Notes: generated by a model not told the origin, from the letters alone. Shown: positions 1 to 14,700, counted from the first letter of the stretch. The stretch: DNA of 64,000 nucleotides from Lepidodermella squamata (GCA_047495785.1 JBLDXI010000032.1:1922001-1986000), one strand, 5' to 3'. A program made the numbers and translations.

Positions 1-2080
1 AATCAACAACAAAGACGCTCCTATTACTTGGCTTCCGATGAACCCAGCTCCAAATGTCAGGTTAGTCGTCTCGTCGATACCCGAATGTGGCCAGTATCAG
101 CAAATGAAAAAGGTATATTCCTCGTGGGTCTTCACGCAAATTCCACCGCTGGCTGTTGCGGCAAAACAGCAAATGGTGTCTTGCATTGCGTCACAGTAAG
201 TTCGATTTTGAGATAGTTATTCTATAGATATTTGAGATATTGAGATGCAAGCAATGTTTTTAAAAATTAGGCGGCTCGCCCTCAAGAGCGAAATTTTGCA
301 AGCTTTATTCTCGAAGCCGATATCTGACAACGCAATGTGGCTTACATTAGCTACCGAAGAGCTATGCCATACGAAATTTCAAACCAGCGAAGAGTATTTG
401 CGCCTTATTGCCTCTTTTCCTGACTCATTGGAAGAAATGTGCGAGATGGTTTTGGAAAGACTCGAGAAAAGTACGAACTCTAGAATGAAAGTATCAGTTT
501 TGTGCATGCTCGAATGCGCGGTCAACGGTCTCGTCTTGGAGGAAATTTTCGAATTGCTGGCTGTTCCAAACCTTCTTCCCAGTGCTCTTGTTAAAATAAT
601 TCAAGCAAAGGGCGGCCTCAGCGAACCGGAGCAACCTTATGATCTCGCCTCATTGACAGAGAAAAAGCAGGTTGACTTCGGAGTATGGAAACAAGTAGAA
701 GAATCGATCAGCTTTTACGTTCGTACTTTCGTCATCAATGCGAAAAACAGATTAGACTTCTGTCATCCATCTTTCAGCCGAGCTGTCCGTCAGCGTTACC
801 TGCTCTCAACGCGCAAAGTTGACTCGATGTATCGAAATAAAATAATTTTGTACTGGTTTCACAACCGCTTGGGATCTTACTTCAAATCTCAATGTCCAGA
901 TATAAAGCGCCGATGCGAGTGTTTCCCAATTCATGCCCACCGTTCAAACGACTCTGCTAGCCTCATCACATTTCTTTCGGACTGGGCCAACTTTGACACG
1001 ATGTACGACAAGGAGTTCTCCAGACCATTAAATAAGGCGTGGACTTACGTCTATGATCTAATTACCAAGGCCAATCGCAGAGATAAGCGTGGTAAAGTTG
1101 ATCAGACCTCTTCATCGGAGAAGTCGCCATCAAGCGTTGAACTGTTCAAACCAATGTGTGAGGCATACCTGGCTGAACTCTCAAAGAAATATCCCCTCAG
1201 CGGCGATGAATCACTAGCAAAAGCTAGTAAACCACAAAGGGATGCGTTTTCGGACCGATGTGAACGTGTGGCAACAATATTCTGTCAGAACGGTTGCTTT
1301 GATTTGGCGGTCAGCATCGTGGACCGAGTGTTGATCTTCGTGCAGATGGGGGGCAGAAGTGGAGACGATGTTGAATATCAACTGCAGTATGCCTCACTGA
1401 TGAACCTCAAAGGTGTGATCATTGATAAGAAAAATCGATCTATCGATTATATGTCGAGCGATCAGCTTCCTATCCTTCTGGCAGCACGCGTCTGCTTCGA
1501 AGAGTCAATAGCTATTTTCAGAGACAAAGCTCCAGCTGATGACAGAATCGGGAAAAGCCTCAATCGCTTGGCTTTCACTTACAGCGGAATACAACTACGT
1601 GGGGGTCATGATACTATCAGTGAAGGTGACGCCCATCAGGCTGCTCTAAGATCAATCGACAGTGCATTGGCGTTTTTCATGCCGCTCAAAAATCAGCATG
1701 CAAACTTGGCGGATTGCTATATTACTCGAGGTGTGTGCGAAGGAAAGGCGTGCGATGCCCAGATCGATTTTTATTTGCGTGCCTTCAATGTTATAGTGGA
1801 AGAATTTGGATACTATCACATTCTGTTGGATCGGCTTTATTGCAACATGGCAATTTATTATGAAGAAAGCGGTAACGCGGATAAAGCCTTCGAATTTTTC
1901 CGGAGATGGTATGAGCTTGCTACGATATTGTACGGTCCTACACACCCAACTTCACTTCGTACGATTCGAACCCTCCAAGAAGAAACGTATGCTAAGCTAG
2001 CAGCTGAGAAAGGTCTCGACGTTCCCGAAGTTCCGGAGGAAATACAGAACGATGTCGATAGTGATAGTGATATTGAATGA
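1..2080 (+). CDS. 3' part of a STAND (NACHT-like)-TPR protein of the TEP1/NPHP3-like type; 5'-truncated by the window
   Basis: Frame-2 exon 2-195 reads ..TWLPMNPAPNVRLVVSS.., a WLP..P.NVR-VVS motif typical of TEP1/NPHP3-like NACHT domains. GT-AG intron 196-270 splices in frame (CA|G) into ORF 245-2080. That ORF has a winged-helix-like segment (LDFCHPSFSRAVRQRYL) and C-terminal TPR-like repeats (LDRLYCNMAIYYEESGNADKAFEFF..LYGPTHP). Confidence 0.75.
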
Positions 2081-2540
2081 TATGCCTCTAATAACGAAGC
2101 TACTTTTTCTGCTTAATTTATCCTAATTTTGAACAAGCGAAATCGTAGGATAGATAATTTGCATGCCTGAGAATAGAATTCTTGAAAGACCTAGCAATCC
2201 TTAATAAAATGGAGAGAAATTGGCAGATCGATTTATCGTGCCAACTGCTTATTAACAGGCTTTTCTGTTATTCAATCAGATAGGCCATCGATGTGCAGAA
2301 GTAAATTAAGGGAAGAGTGACCCAACCCTTGGACCTATAGCCCATGACTTATGGGATGGTTACGACTCGCCTATTTTTATTTTATTTTATTTATTTAATG
2401 AGCATTGATCCCATTGTTGAGAGCTCGACATGGAAAATTAGGTGCAAGTATCAAAAAAATTTTGCAGAGAGCCGTTAGATGTGTCAGTCCGTTTCGTTAA
2501 TGGTCTAAACAAAGAGATGTATTAGCATCCGAAAGACCCG

Positions 2541-3205
2541 AAAGACGCAAGGTCATGCATTTCGAGGTGTTGGTTCGGACGAAGTGAGTGCTAATCAGAA
2601 CAAAAAAGTCGAGGATAAGCTGTGGGGATCCTTGCTGCTTTCCCTGTCAAAACCTTCCTCCCAGCGCCGTCTCCAATTTGATAACAAAAAGCTATGGTGC
2701 AACCATGGGTTTTTTCGCAAAAAGCGCGACTGAAAACACCAAATTTTCACTTTTTAACCCATTTGCAAGCCGGGAGGGAAACGACTGAAAAGCCGTGGAT
2801 AACCACCATATTAACTAGCTATTTCTTGGTTCCCTACAAAGCCTTTTATGTGCTCTACTAGGGAATGTGACAAACCTGTGTTTGAACCCATTCTGCTTCT
2901 TGAAGAAGCGCCCCCAAAAACGCCAGTGGGTGCATTTTTTCAAGGTTTTTGCGCTTTCAGGTCGCTATTAGGTCACCTAGCGGCAGAAAACCCACGGTTA
3001 CACATGCATTTTTATCAATTTCTGGATACGTTCGGCTGTTCTCTACCAGGTAAACCGAACATTTCATGGAAACATCCACAAAAAGCTCAGTATATTTGTT
3101 CGTCAATTGTCCAGAGCATTCATTTTTTTCACAAAATTGCGGGCCAAGTATATTTTATCGTATTCTGTGCGCGTAGTACTTCTTATAGTGCGCAGTACTC
3201 CGTAT
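2541..3205 (+). repeat. Diverged solo fragment of the arm of the foldback element at 31180-35072
   Basis: Collinear similarity to ~34360-35025, e.g. aaaaagctatggtgcaaccatggg, gactgaaaagccgtggat, ccagtgggtgcatttttt/ccaaggtttttgcgctttcag, gcgcgtagtacttcttat. Confidence 0.85.
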
Positions 3206-3760
3206 ACGCGCTAGTAGCCCTGCACTTTTATGTATGCCTGTGTGATTTCCGACCTCGCCTGAAGCCTGCATGATTTCTTGAAATCCGAAATCTAACCTGG
3301 CTAAAAACTCAAATGAACAAAAAAATCATGTCGGGCCTTATGTCTTCATGCTGCTCCGGAAATCCTCTCTTCGCTTTCCAAAGTGTAGAGAAGCACCCCA
3401 AATGACACGCACTGAGTTTTGGAGACGACGTTGTAGGCGTAAGGAAGGCGGTCAACGTTACGCTTCGTCAACACGGACTCGCTTCGACAGATTATTTGGT
3501 TTGAAATATCCGAAAACATCCTGCTTCTAATTAAAACCTTTGATGCGTGATTTCTTTTCGAATATTAATTTTTATGAAATATTAGTTGATAAAATTTAGT
3601 TTTATAAATTACATAAAATTGACATTGACAGCGTGGAATCACCCGCGAAAATAGAAGAAGATCAGTTGCCTTGGTTCAACGTTTTAAGCCAGGCTTCGAG
3701 ACGTCTAAGCCTGAGCAGTGAAGACTTAGCGTTCTTAATCTCGGATTTTAGCTTATTTCA

Positions 3761-6700
3761 ATGACCGACAGCAACATTCTCAATGTATCTGCCAAAATCC
3801 GCGAAGACTCTCAGCGCTATTCGTCGCCCGAACCATTTCTAGTATGCGGAAGTCACTTTCCACTAACTTCATTGTTAATTTCATCCATTCGAGTTTAGAA
3901 GCTGTTTTCGGATTTCGATACTCTGTCGGAAATAAACTTCTCGGAGTCCGTATTTTTGACCAACTTACATTTGTCTTACATTTCAAATGCAACACGAACT
4001 CACCAATTTGACACAGTCCGCATTGTTAATATATCATTCTGTCCAAATATTGATGATTTCGGCGTCGAGTGCTTGGCGTCGGCTTTCTCCAAGTTAGAAA
4101 AGGTGAAAAAAATTCTCTGCTTATCAATCGCTTTCCAATATTCCCATTTTTTCCCAGATAATTGCGTCAGGATGCGTCTTGTTGACTGAGAATTCCATTC
4201 GATCTATCGCATCTCTTTGCCCCGGTATTCAGACTGCTGTATTCGATCACACGAGTGTTAGATTTGTTCCTGTGGGCACATTAGACTCCAACAAGCTATC
4301 GATTAATAGTTGCCCCCTACTCACTAAAGTCGTTTCGTCTGTGCCTATGACTATACCGCCGTATTTCTTTCATAGCAAGGTCCTTTTGATGAAGACAGTG
4401 GAAATGAAGGGTATCTCCTTGGCTCCGAAGTTGTTTCCAGATTCAATATCGCTAAAAGGCTCAGACTCGGTTGGGTGTGCGCTACATCGATCCAATGGTT
4501 TCGTTATCGTCGAATGTGTGGAAGGCAGCGATGTGGAATTATTTGTCACAGAAAATTGTATGGTAGTACTGCCATATGATACGACAACAACGATAAATCA
4601 GCAGTGGTATTCAGTTGAAAATCGTCTCAAGTTTTTAACATCATTTTCTGGTCATTTGAAAGTTGCGTGCATACCATACGCCGATTCTTCAAAGAAGGAA
4701 AAGCGAAATAAGTTAGTCAAGTCTATAAAGGAGGTAATCATGGATGAATTAGGTCGTGTAAATCTGCATGCAGATGAGCATTTGGCTAGGTATCGATCTG
4801 CTGTAGAAAAAAGGCTTCAGTTTGTTGCTGGGAAAACAGAGCTTATCAGTTGGCTAGATGCAAACAAACTTTGTTCCGATATACCTGAGTTTCTATCGCC
4901 TGACGATTTCGAAGCCATAGCTGAGGTGGCACAGAGGCCTTTTTTCTGCAAAGTGGAAGATTTTATCCCCAAAATTAAGGCTGTGGTTGAAGAATCGACA
5001 GATATTTGTTGGCTCTCATTAATTCAGCTATTAGTTGAGACTGGTAACTTGTGGCTTGAGAAATTCATAGGTCGTGAAGATAAAATGCCCGGCCCCAGCC
5101 ATGTTTTAACCTCGCTTTCTCGTTTCATTGAATTCATCGCTGCATTTCGTGGTGCCCACGAAACTAACGCAGGCAAAGAGGATGTCAGGTGTTTACCATC
5201 GTCTACAAGTTTGTGCTCAATGGCACAGCTTTGCGCTCATTTCAAGGACGAAAGCGGCGCAGAGCTTTCATCTCAAAACCAACAGCGTCTATTTAGGGAA
5301 TTCGAATTCGCTGGCCTGGGACTTTTTCGTGCTAAGAATGCTCTAGCCAGTTACACACTTCTTAATCTGAGTGAGCCCACCGTTGGCTTCGAGCATTTCA
5401 CGCAAATTTTCGACCAACATTCCAAAGCAAACACATTTTTCGCTATCATCGAATACCCGCTATTTACTTATCCGCAGTTTATGTTTCATCGTTTGCTTGC
5501 AGTTCTTGCAAGAGTGCACCAACCGTCGTTGATCTGGGACACCGGCGCGTTCTTTTACGATTCTTTTTACGTGGATATTCTAGTCAGAGCCCATAATATG
5601 GCGCAGTGCATTGCCGTGCAAATTTCATCAGATAATGTCTCATCCGATTCTGATCAAATGTCATGTATCCTCGGAACATGCTCGCTGATTCACACTATAT
5701 GTTGTGCTGTCCTGAACCCTTTCTCGCCAGACGACTTGCCAAAAATGAAACTGGATGGCATCCGATTTTTATCGCCAGGAAAAGTTGACCATTGTTTCTC
5801 GAATGTGACGCCTTTTTCGTTTTCTAGGCAGTTTGATGATGCAGCGACTAGATGTTTGAAATGCTTACTCGACCCATACTTTGTATCCGGCTTGAATCGT
5901 TTAGTAACAGGATGTCAGCCAAGTATGTGGCCTGTTTTGCTAAACAAACATAATGGAAGTGATAACGAATCGGTTATTCCAATAATTTTGGACGAAATTG
6001 GTAGCGATGTTGGAAAGGCTTGGCTTGGTCAAGAATTTGCTGATTTTTTCGTTCCCACTGGAATTAAAAAGCTGGCCATTCATTCTAACAGTTACGTAGA
6101 AGATAATGGTAGCTTCGAGCTTGATATTGCTAAAATTTTGAAAAATTTACCCGTGAGAGTAGAAGCAATGCATCCAGAGAGTGGCAAAGTCCTAGTCCAG
6201 ATCTCACAAAATGGGTCCAAATTGGCTGAGTCTCTCTTTGAAAGCTCAACTAAATTCATATCTGTTGTCTTGCGATTTGATGGCGACGAAAAGATCATCT
6301 TTCATCACAGATGTGCTGCTATTAATTGGCCGACTGAGGCCCCTAAAGATTCGTTGTGGCTAACTGAAGCAAAATATGTCGAAGACGCGAAGGTGGTCGG
6401 CGCGCTATGCTCAGAATCTCTGGGTGAGATGGCGGGAGTCTTTGAAATGGCATTCAAACAGAGCCAGTTCATGCGCGAAGTGACACCGTTTATTCCGTTT
6501 CAATTCCTAAATTTGACTTGGCCGTCGTGTTTGTGGCCGAATCGTTCGAAACTAACAGATTTCTCCAGTCTCAACATGCTGTGCGCATCTCCTGGCCTTC
6601 TGCATTTTGTTAATATGGCGCCAATTAAGGATAAATTCTTTAGGAAAAATCAAAATATGCTGTCTCGCATTGCGATATTGTTCATTATGAGGTTGATTGG

Positions 6701-9700
6701 CCAGGTCAGGATTATGCCCGATAAAACCACGAATTTGCTGCAGAACGTTCAAAACCCTTGCCCATATACCTACTCATCTACAAAGAAGCATGAGGAACTT
6801 GATGACCAGCAGAAGGTTGCCGATGCCTTGTCGGCGAAATTCAACGTACCCGGTCGATTATTTGCCCTTTTTAAACCCGCATCAATGGCGGTATACAATT
6901 TTGATACCAGGAAGTTAGCGAATATTCTGTCTGAGAAGTTCATGGTCGGAAGTGTTTTTCCCTGTCTTTTGGACTACTTGCTGGTTCATTGTTATTCCCG
7001 TGATAAGAGTGATCCGTGTGACATTTTCAACGAAATTCAGGCGTTTTTATCAGAAAATTCGCCTATTCTGAAACAACTGGTCGAGGAAAACTGCAAGCAG
7101 TTGATCAACGTTCCGTCGAGGGAAAACGATTACTTTGTCCGGCTCGACCAATGTCCACGGGTCATGTGCGAAGAACACCTGTTTCACTTCATTAGGTATG
7201 CCGAGGCTCGGTTGTCAGGTGGTGAAAATCGATTACTGGGCGATGTAGGTAGCATTAGCTGGTCTCCTAATGGAAAGCGCGCACACGACACGTTGCTTAC
7301 GCAGTGCGTATTCACAAAGGATGAATGGTCGGTACTAGCATCGACCATCCATGAAGCCCATCAATACATAACTGAACTGAATATTTCTCGTTGTGGCATC
7401 AGCGCGCTATCGAACGGGATTCACTACTACCTTCGCTACCTGACAGAATTAAATTTGAGCAATAATGACCTAGAAGAAATACAGTACCAATTACCAAAAA
7501 GCATTCGCAAGTTGGACATTTCTGGCAATAAATTCAAAAAAATACCACCCAGCGCATTTTGGCTTCAGGACCTTGTTGTTTTCCGGGCTGATAAAATGAA
7601 CCTGAAAGAGTTGGATAAAGAAATCGGAAAGTTGAAGAAACTAAAAATATTATCATTTAATACTAACGCTTTCACTTCGATACCGCCAGAACTTGGTAAT
7701 TTGGTTGATTTGGAAATTCTTGACTTGTCTGGCCCTGCGTTGCCTTCAGCCTCGGATTCTATGCATTACGACAAGATTGAAGAATTCTGTCAAGGTAATT
7801 CAATCCCTCTCGACGTGTTGCAGTCTTTCGAGAAGTGGACCAAATCATCTGGGCCGCGTAGTGGCTGGCTGGATAGAGACGGGGTCCAGCGGTTGAGGTC
7901 TCATTTGTTTGAAAACGTTGGCCGTCTCGATTTCTTGAAAGATAAAAGCGGCTTTCCATCGCTAATTCTTGGACTGAAAAAGCTTCGCGTCCTCAATTTA
8001 GCTCGGCAGAAAATCACAGCTGTGCCGGACGAAATTGGTCAACTTGAGCGATTAAGGCGGATCGATCTAAGTGATTGTTTACTGCTCGAAACAGTATCGC
8101 CAAAAATTGCAGTTGAAAACCTTGAAAGCCTGACTATGGAAGGTTGCTGTTGTTTGAAAACGCCACCTGAAGAGATTCAACGGCGCGGAATGTTGGCAGT
8201 TATGGCCTACTTCAAAAAACTAATCAGCGGGTCTGTTTCGTGCAGGCGGACCAAGTTGATGCTGGTTGGTCTTGGTGGGGCGGGTAAAACAACACTGGTT
8301 AAAGCAATAACTAGTCAGAATGACGCCTTTGATGCGAGTTCTGGAGATGTGAATATCACTGACGGGATTGATATCTCAACATGGCAGTCGGAAGGAATCG
8401 ATTTCAGGTAAAATATTTCAAATAAAAATGTACTTAATAATATAATTTGTTTTGCATATTCAGAATATGGGACTTTGCCGGTCAAGTTGTATATTATAAT
8501 ACTCACCAATTTTTTCTGTCAAATCGCGCTGTCTATTTGATCATGTGGAATATGCGGTTGGGTTACCAGCATGCTGGTCTTGATTTTTGGCTAAGTTCTA
8601 TAGCAGTACATGCCCCATCTGCGCCCGTTTTGATTGTCGGAACTCAGGCTGATTTGATCTCCCAAGAACGTGCTCTACTGCCTGAGACCGCTTTGCGAGA
8701 GCGATTCAGCTCTATTCGCGGCTTTCATTACATCAGCAGTCGAACCGGTGTCGGAATTGCGGAACTTCGCAATCAAATCGTCGAAGTTGCGAAGAGCCAA
8801 AAATACATGGGTGAGCACATTCCATCCGCCTGGATTGCGTTTGAAGGAAACTTATTGAAACAATATCCTGGCAATAATGACACAAATTCATCAAAGTCAG
8901 TCCTCATGTTCCCCGAGGTTCGGAAAATTGCCGACAACAGCGGAATTTTTGAGGTGGAAGAAACCTACGAAGCGCTTACTTTCCTCTCAGACCTCGGCTC
9001 GATTCAATTTTTTCAAGACGAGTCTCTACGCGATCGCGTTATCATCAACCCGCAGTGGATAATTGATGTCCTTTCGGCTCTTATTTCTGTGCAGAAAGCT
9101 TCTCATGTGAAGGGCGGTCGGTTGCAACACAAAGATATACCCGTTATCTGGGAGGCTTATCCCGCTGAATTGCATAGATGGCTCCTGAAATTAACAGAGG
9201 TGTTTGATTTGACATTCCCGCTCAGAAACGAGCCAAGCTCGATCATTCCCTGCTTGTTACCCGAAGACGCTCCGAAAACGCTTATTTGGCCCAGTTTGGA
9301 CCTATCCCTAACCAGCAATATTAAGGAGGTTCAAATGTTATTCACTTTCAAGTACCTGCCGAGCGGAATTTTCAATCGGGCTCAAGTTCGGTTATTCCAG
9401 TTCTCCGACGAGTCAATTATTTGGCGAATGGGTAGCTTACTGCGAAAGTCTGACCACAAGGCGTTGCTGTGTTTGAATGCAAACTCGTCCATTTCCGTAA
9501 AAATTCAAGGCCATCGCCCGGAAAATTTGGCCTTTTTGATCATGGAAGTTTTCGATACATTGATAAACGAGGCTTTCAAGGGTGTTAGGCCTGAATACTC
9601 ATTTTCCTGTCCGGAATGCGTGAACACGAAAGTTGCCGATCCCAGCATGTTTCAGCGGTCGACAATTTTACGCGCCTCTGAACTGCGGGTGCCATTTCTG

Positions 9701-11557
9701 CAATGTTCGAATTTGTTTCATTGCGTTTCTATTAAGGAGCTTCGCCAATTGTTACCGGCTGAGTCGGCCGTTGATTTCGATTCCCAGCTTGTTCGAAGCG
9801 TTAAACAGTTGAGTGGCTTGAGTAATACGCTGAAAATTGACGTCCTAATCGTTGGTTGTAAGAAAGATGACCAAATTTCAGGAGATATGATATCTCTGAA
9901 GCAGTTTTCGAGTGATTTGGAGAAAAATCTTGAAAAAACTGGTTTGAAATCGGTAACGATATCAGATCTAGATTCTATTCCTTTCGAGCAAATGGCGGTC
10001 ATGTTGAGGTCTTCTCGCTTGATTTTATTTTGTATCTCGCCGGATTTCATGGTTAACGAGCGCTGCCAGGCGGCGTTATTTTCCGCCCGAGAGACGTATA
10101 AAAAGCCTGTTTTAATCGCCTTTATTCGCGATTTCGATTGGAAAAATAATTCATCCCTAGCTTTTCTTTTGGGCAGTGATGTTTACATACGAGCAATCAA
10201 TAAGGCTAAATACCAGCCCAGCCAGGTTTTAGAAACTGTAAAACTTCGAGTTGAGCAATCGATAGCTCTTGAAATTTCAAACAAATCCGCGGTTGAAAAT
10301 CACCCGCCAGTTTTCATTTCATATTGTTGGCAAAATAGTCGTGATGCCGTTTCGAAGGGCACTCGAGCTAACGCCGGCTCTGTTGGTGCGCTGGACCCAA
10401 GAGATTTGAAAAAATTTCTCGGCGAAAACGGCATTCAATGCTGGCTGGATATTGAACAGGTTAGCCGAGGCGCCGGGGCTCTTTTCGAAAATATCGCTAT
10501 CGGTCTCCGCCAGTGTCGCGTTGTTATAGTTTGCATTTCAGACGAGTATTGTGCCTCTGAAAATTGCCTTCGTGAATTTCGGTTCGCAACCTCTGCATGT
10601 GGCTTACCTATAATCCTCTGCGCAGTGGGAACCGGATGCTTATGGAAACAGTCTGAGGTCACCCTAGTAGCGTCTCTCGCGGCTAGAATAAATTTCCAGA
10701 TTGATTCAAAGGAAAACTACGATGCTCTTCTTGCGGCTGTTAAAGAGCATGTAAAGGTTGAGGAAACGAGTGGGAATAATGAGCTGCAGCAAAAGCAGGC
10801 AACTAGTCCTTTGGAAACGTCGCTATTCTTCTCAGAAATGTTGGAATTGGCCCAGCGTAGATTTTTGCGGCAGCTGATATCCTACGGACCGGGTTCCAGA
10901 CCATACCCGAGACTTCTACTGCTCGACTTGGCTGCAAACGCGAAAATACCTGAGGTTGTCAATAGTGAGAATTTTGAGAAGATCATCAATTCTACGAATT
11001 GGTGCATCAGTTTTCTTTGCGAGAACGAAACCGGTTGGCATATTGTCGAGTCAAAGCTAACGATTGATAACACTTCGACGCCTGTTACTCAGCTATTACG
11101 AGATTCAGCTGCATATCTGAGTCGACTGTTGTATCTTACCCGGTATTGCAATACAGTTTTTCCGCAATTGCTGTCACCGAGCGACGAGAAATTGTCGAAG
11201 TTTTGCGGTGAAGTGGTTGCTTTTCTCGAAAAATTCGTTAAGCTTGAAGAGTCGTTCTCGAGCGAGTTTTTCACCTTGCGGCTTCTTGCGCTGTCACTGG
11301 ATCCAAAAATGACTTGTGGCGGTCTTCATCGCTGTCAACTCGCCGTGGGCAAGGAGCTGTGGCTGTGCCCGGTCCATGTTAAAACCGCTAATTTCAAAGT
11401 TCGTGAAAACGACGATGCAGAAACACCAGAAAACAATGCCGATAATTCAGCGGTGAAAAACGATATCAAGTTAGCAATTGAAGCTGGAGAAATTGAGGAC
11501 AGCGCTGCAAAACCAAGGATCACGGTTCGAACAAGCCGCGCTTGCGTGCTTCAATGA
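3761..11557 (+). CDS. Roco1: kinase-less LRR-ROC-COR-TIR-TIR protein with CaaX (CVLQ), multi-exon
   Basis: In-frame exons 3761-3841, 3899-4102, 4158-8407, 8464-11557 with GT-AG introns. Intron 8408-8463 joins ORFs 4179-8411 and 8447-11557 into GIDFR-IWDFAGQ. Motifs: ROC G1 GLGGAGKT, G2 TDGIDI, G3 WDFAGQ, G4 GTQAD; COR IINPQW; TIR VFISYCW..WLDIEQ..SENCLREF. The start codon is uncertain. Confidence 0.88.
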
Positions 11558-11740
11558 CACTGAAACCGTGCAATTTTCTTCTGTTATTTTTTTATTATTT
11601 TTCAGATCGTTGTAGCCTTTTTCAGTTTTCCATTCATTTTTTTGTCTTTCCTTTTCGATTAGATATTTTGAAGTTGCTGTGATATTTTATGTGACAATGA
11701 ATCTGGTTCGCTACCTGTTTTTATTCGTAGATTTTGTAAA

Positions 11741-14700
11741 ATGAGATCGACAGTTCGCAAGAAACTCAAGGTCAACTTTTCTACTGAAGTTGATGTGAAA
11801 GAATTACCGAAGGAGGAAGCTGCTAATGACGATAGTCAGCCATCAGGTTTGATTGATAGATTTTGACGAGATGAGATGTATTTAAATCCTTCTTATAGAA
11901 TCCGCGACAGATGTTGCTGTTCCGGAGAAAGAAGGTTGCTTACCATTTGCGACCGAATGAGAAAATATTAATATAATTTTTTTGAAAATTCAGAAATTGA
12001 GGTAGAAAACGAATCTAAACAGAGCAATGCGAAAGCAATGGACTTCGAAAAAGCAAGAATATCGAAAATTAAAAATGTATATATATAATTTAATTTAATT
12101 TTAAGGATTTGATTGCTGCCAAAGGGAAGCTCAAGCCCCCAAGCGAAAATTCGAAACATAGTAAGTTGATGAGGCTATAGGTAGTGTCTACTAAGCGAAT
12201 TTTGTATGGCTAGTGCGCATCATTTCCATCCTACCTCTTGTCGAAAAGCGCGACATGATACCAAGCGATTATTTGGTAAATAACCAAATTTTAATTTGGA
12301 ACGATACGACATTGAATTCTGTGTTTTACGACAGCAACTATTCCAAGATAAAAATGCGTCTGCCGCAAATGGCCTGGATTTTTCGAACGTTGAAGACATT
12401 CATGATTACCATTTTTACTTCTGGCCTCCGTTTCAATCAATTACAATTCTAAGCATATCGTTCTGCGTGAAGGTTTCTGACGTTGGAATTACGCAGATTG
12501 GCTACGGATTTCCGAATCTCGAAAAAGTTGGAGAAGAACTGAAAAATTGGGTTAAGTTATATTTTTACGTTTAGATAACAGCAATCGGTTGTCGACTTAT
12601 CACCGAGTCTTCTCTATCGTTTCTCTTCAACAAATGCGAAAAGCTTAAATATTTTAACGCAAATTTTACCTCAGTCCGTTACATTCCAACCAACCTACTG
12701 GAAAATGCCAACATTTTCGTCGAAGGCTGTCCACTTATACTTCCGGCTGAGACGTTGCGCAGACCAGAAGGTTCATATATCCTTTCATTTTATATTTTAT
12801 TGAAGTAATTTTTATTTTTATATGCAGAAATTCCTGACTCTGTGACAAAAAAATTGACCCTTGCAAAAGTGTTGATTTTGAAATCAAAAGAAATGCGTAA
12901 GGTTTTCGTTGGTCCTCACCTATTTCCTCCTGATAGTAAGAACCGCTTAGAGCTAACACAGCCTGTTTGCTCGTATCGATCAGGACCTTATTGCGTTGTT
13001 GAAATTTGCGAAGATGGTCCTCTTCATGCGATAATAACGGAAAATTGCTTTGTTGTTGTTCCGTATTATCCAGGTCCGTTTCCTCCATTCAGCTCAGTTG
13101 AATGTCGGATTAATCTCGTAGCATCGTTTATTTGCAATTTTAAAGTGGCTGCGGTGCCAATTAAGCTCAGCAAAGTCGATCCAGTGGTTGTTGAACTTAT
13201 AGGAAAAAACGACGTAGACTACACGGCTGTAAACAATTTGGTTATAAATTACGGAATTAAAACGGCAAATCCCAAACTGGCGAATGCGGGCAATAGGAGA
13301 CTCTTGATCACCGCTTTTTCGCCTCATTCGTTTCCGAATACAATTTTCGCTGCCCAAGACGGGTTGAAGCAGTGGCTTGAGACGAACCGTCCACATGCAA
13401 CTTTGCCGACATCTGTAATATCCACACTTTTCGCGGCTTATTCTAAAATCAATCATGAAGGAATTAGTATTAACGATTTCGGTATTCTGATGAAATCTCA
13501 GCTACCAAATGCCTTCAACGCCGTCTCATTCGCCGAAATTCTCGCAGAAACTGGCAATGTTTGGATTGAGCCGTGCGAAGGCTTTGACGGACCTTTACAC
13601 AGCGCCTCACATGTCCTCCTTAATTTTGCTTCTATCGTCGAATTCATCGTCAAATTCGCGTCGGCTAAAGATACATTCCCCTCAAAATGTCAAGTGGCAT
13701 GCTTACCGGACTCGACCCCATTGTGTAATATGGAGCCATTGAAAACTGAATTTTTCAGAGGGTTGGACGAAGATCAGATCGAGAGGCTACTTCTCAAACT
13801 CGAATTGGCAGGTATAGGGGTACTCAGTAAGGATTTCGCGCTTAGTTTGAGTAATTTGCCTCCAGAGCCAGTCGCTTTGTTGGATGCATTCATTTCGAAA
13901 AATCATTCGAATCCTCATTACTTGGAAATCCGGTATCACCTGTTTTGCCGACCCACTGCAGCGTTTCATCACCTCGTCGCGGTGATTTCAAAAATGACTA
14001 TGCCTACGCTATTATGGGCTGATGGAATGCTGTTAAACGAGCTATCCCATTTGACAGTTTCGATTCAATGCGAAGATCATTATCGAGTTGTCGCAGCTAG
14101 ATTTTTTGGCATTAATTCCGATGCAGCCCGTTGTTCCGCCTCAATATTTCATTGTTTGATGGCCACTACATTGGCGAGATTTTCTTTGGATAATCTGGAT
14201 GATTTGGGAGCTGAATCAGGAATTCGCTCCTTATCCCCTCGAAAGATTCGACATGAGATTACAAATTACCTAGAATTTAAACCAAAGTCATTTTCTCGAG
14301 AATTCGACCAGACCATCGCCAGATGCCAACATTGCTTGTTAAACGTCAGAGTACTGTCAATAGTACAAGCTTTGTACGCCCATCATGCCTCTCACTCATC
14401 TCATTCTGTCTCAAACATCTCACCAGGCTTTCCGAAAGTGTTCAAGCTGCCCGGTTTCACATTTTTTCCCGGACAGCAAGCCTCGTCGATCAATATATAC
14501 CGATTGCCTTCAACGGGAAGTTTTACTTTGAATATTTCTGCTGAAGATGAGGTCAAAAATGGAATGATGATTGGATTTTTGGACGGCTTTTTTGTGCTGC
14601 CAGATCGTGAAATGAAGATATCGACTTCGTGTGGAATTCACGTTGAGTTACAGCGCATAAAATCGGGTGGAATGAAAATAATTGCATCTGTAAATGGATT

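Noticed and set aside
4179-11557. ORFs 4179-8411 and 8447-11557 as two genes or a frameshifted gene
   Set aside because: A canonical 56-nt GT-AG intron (8408-8463) joins them in frame within the ROC domain.
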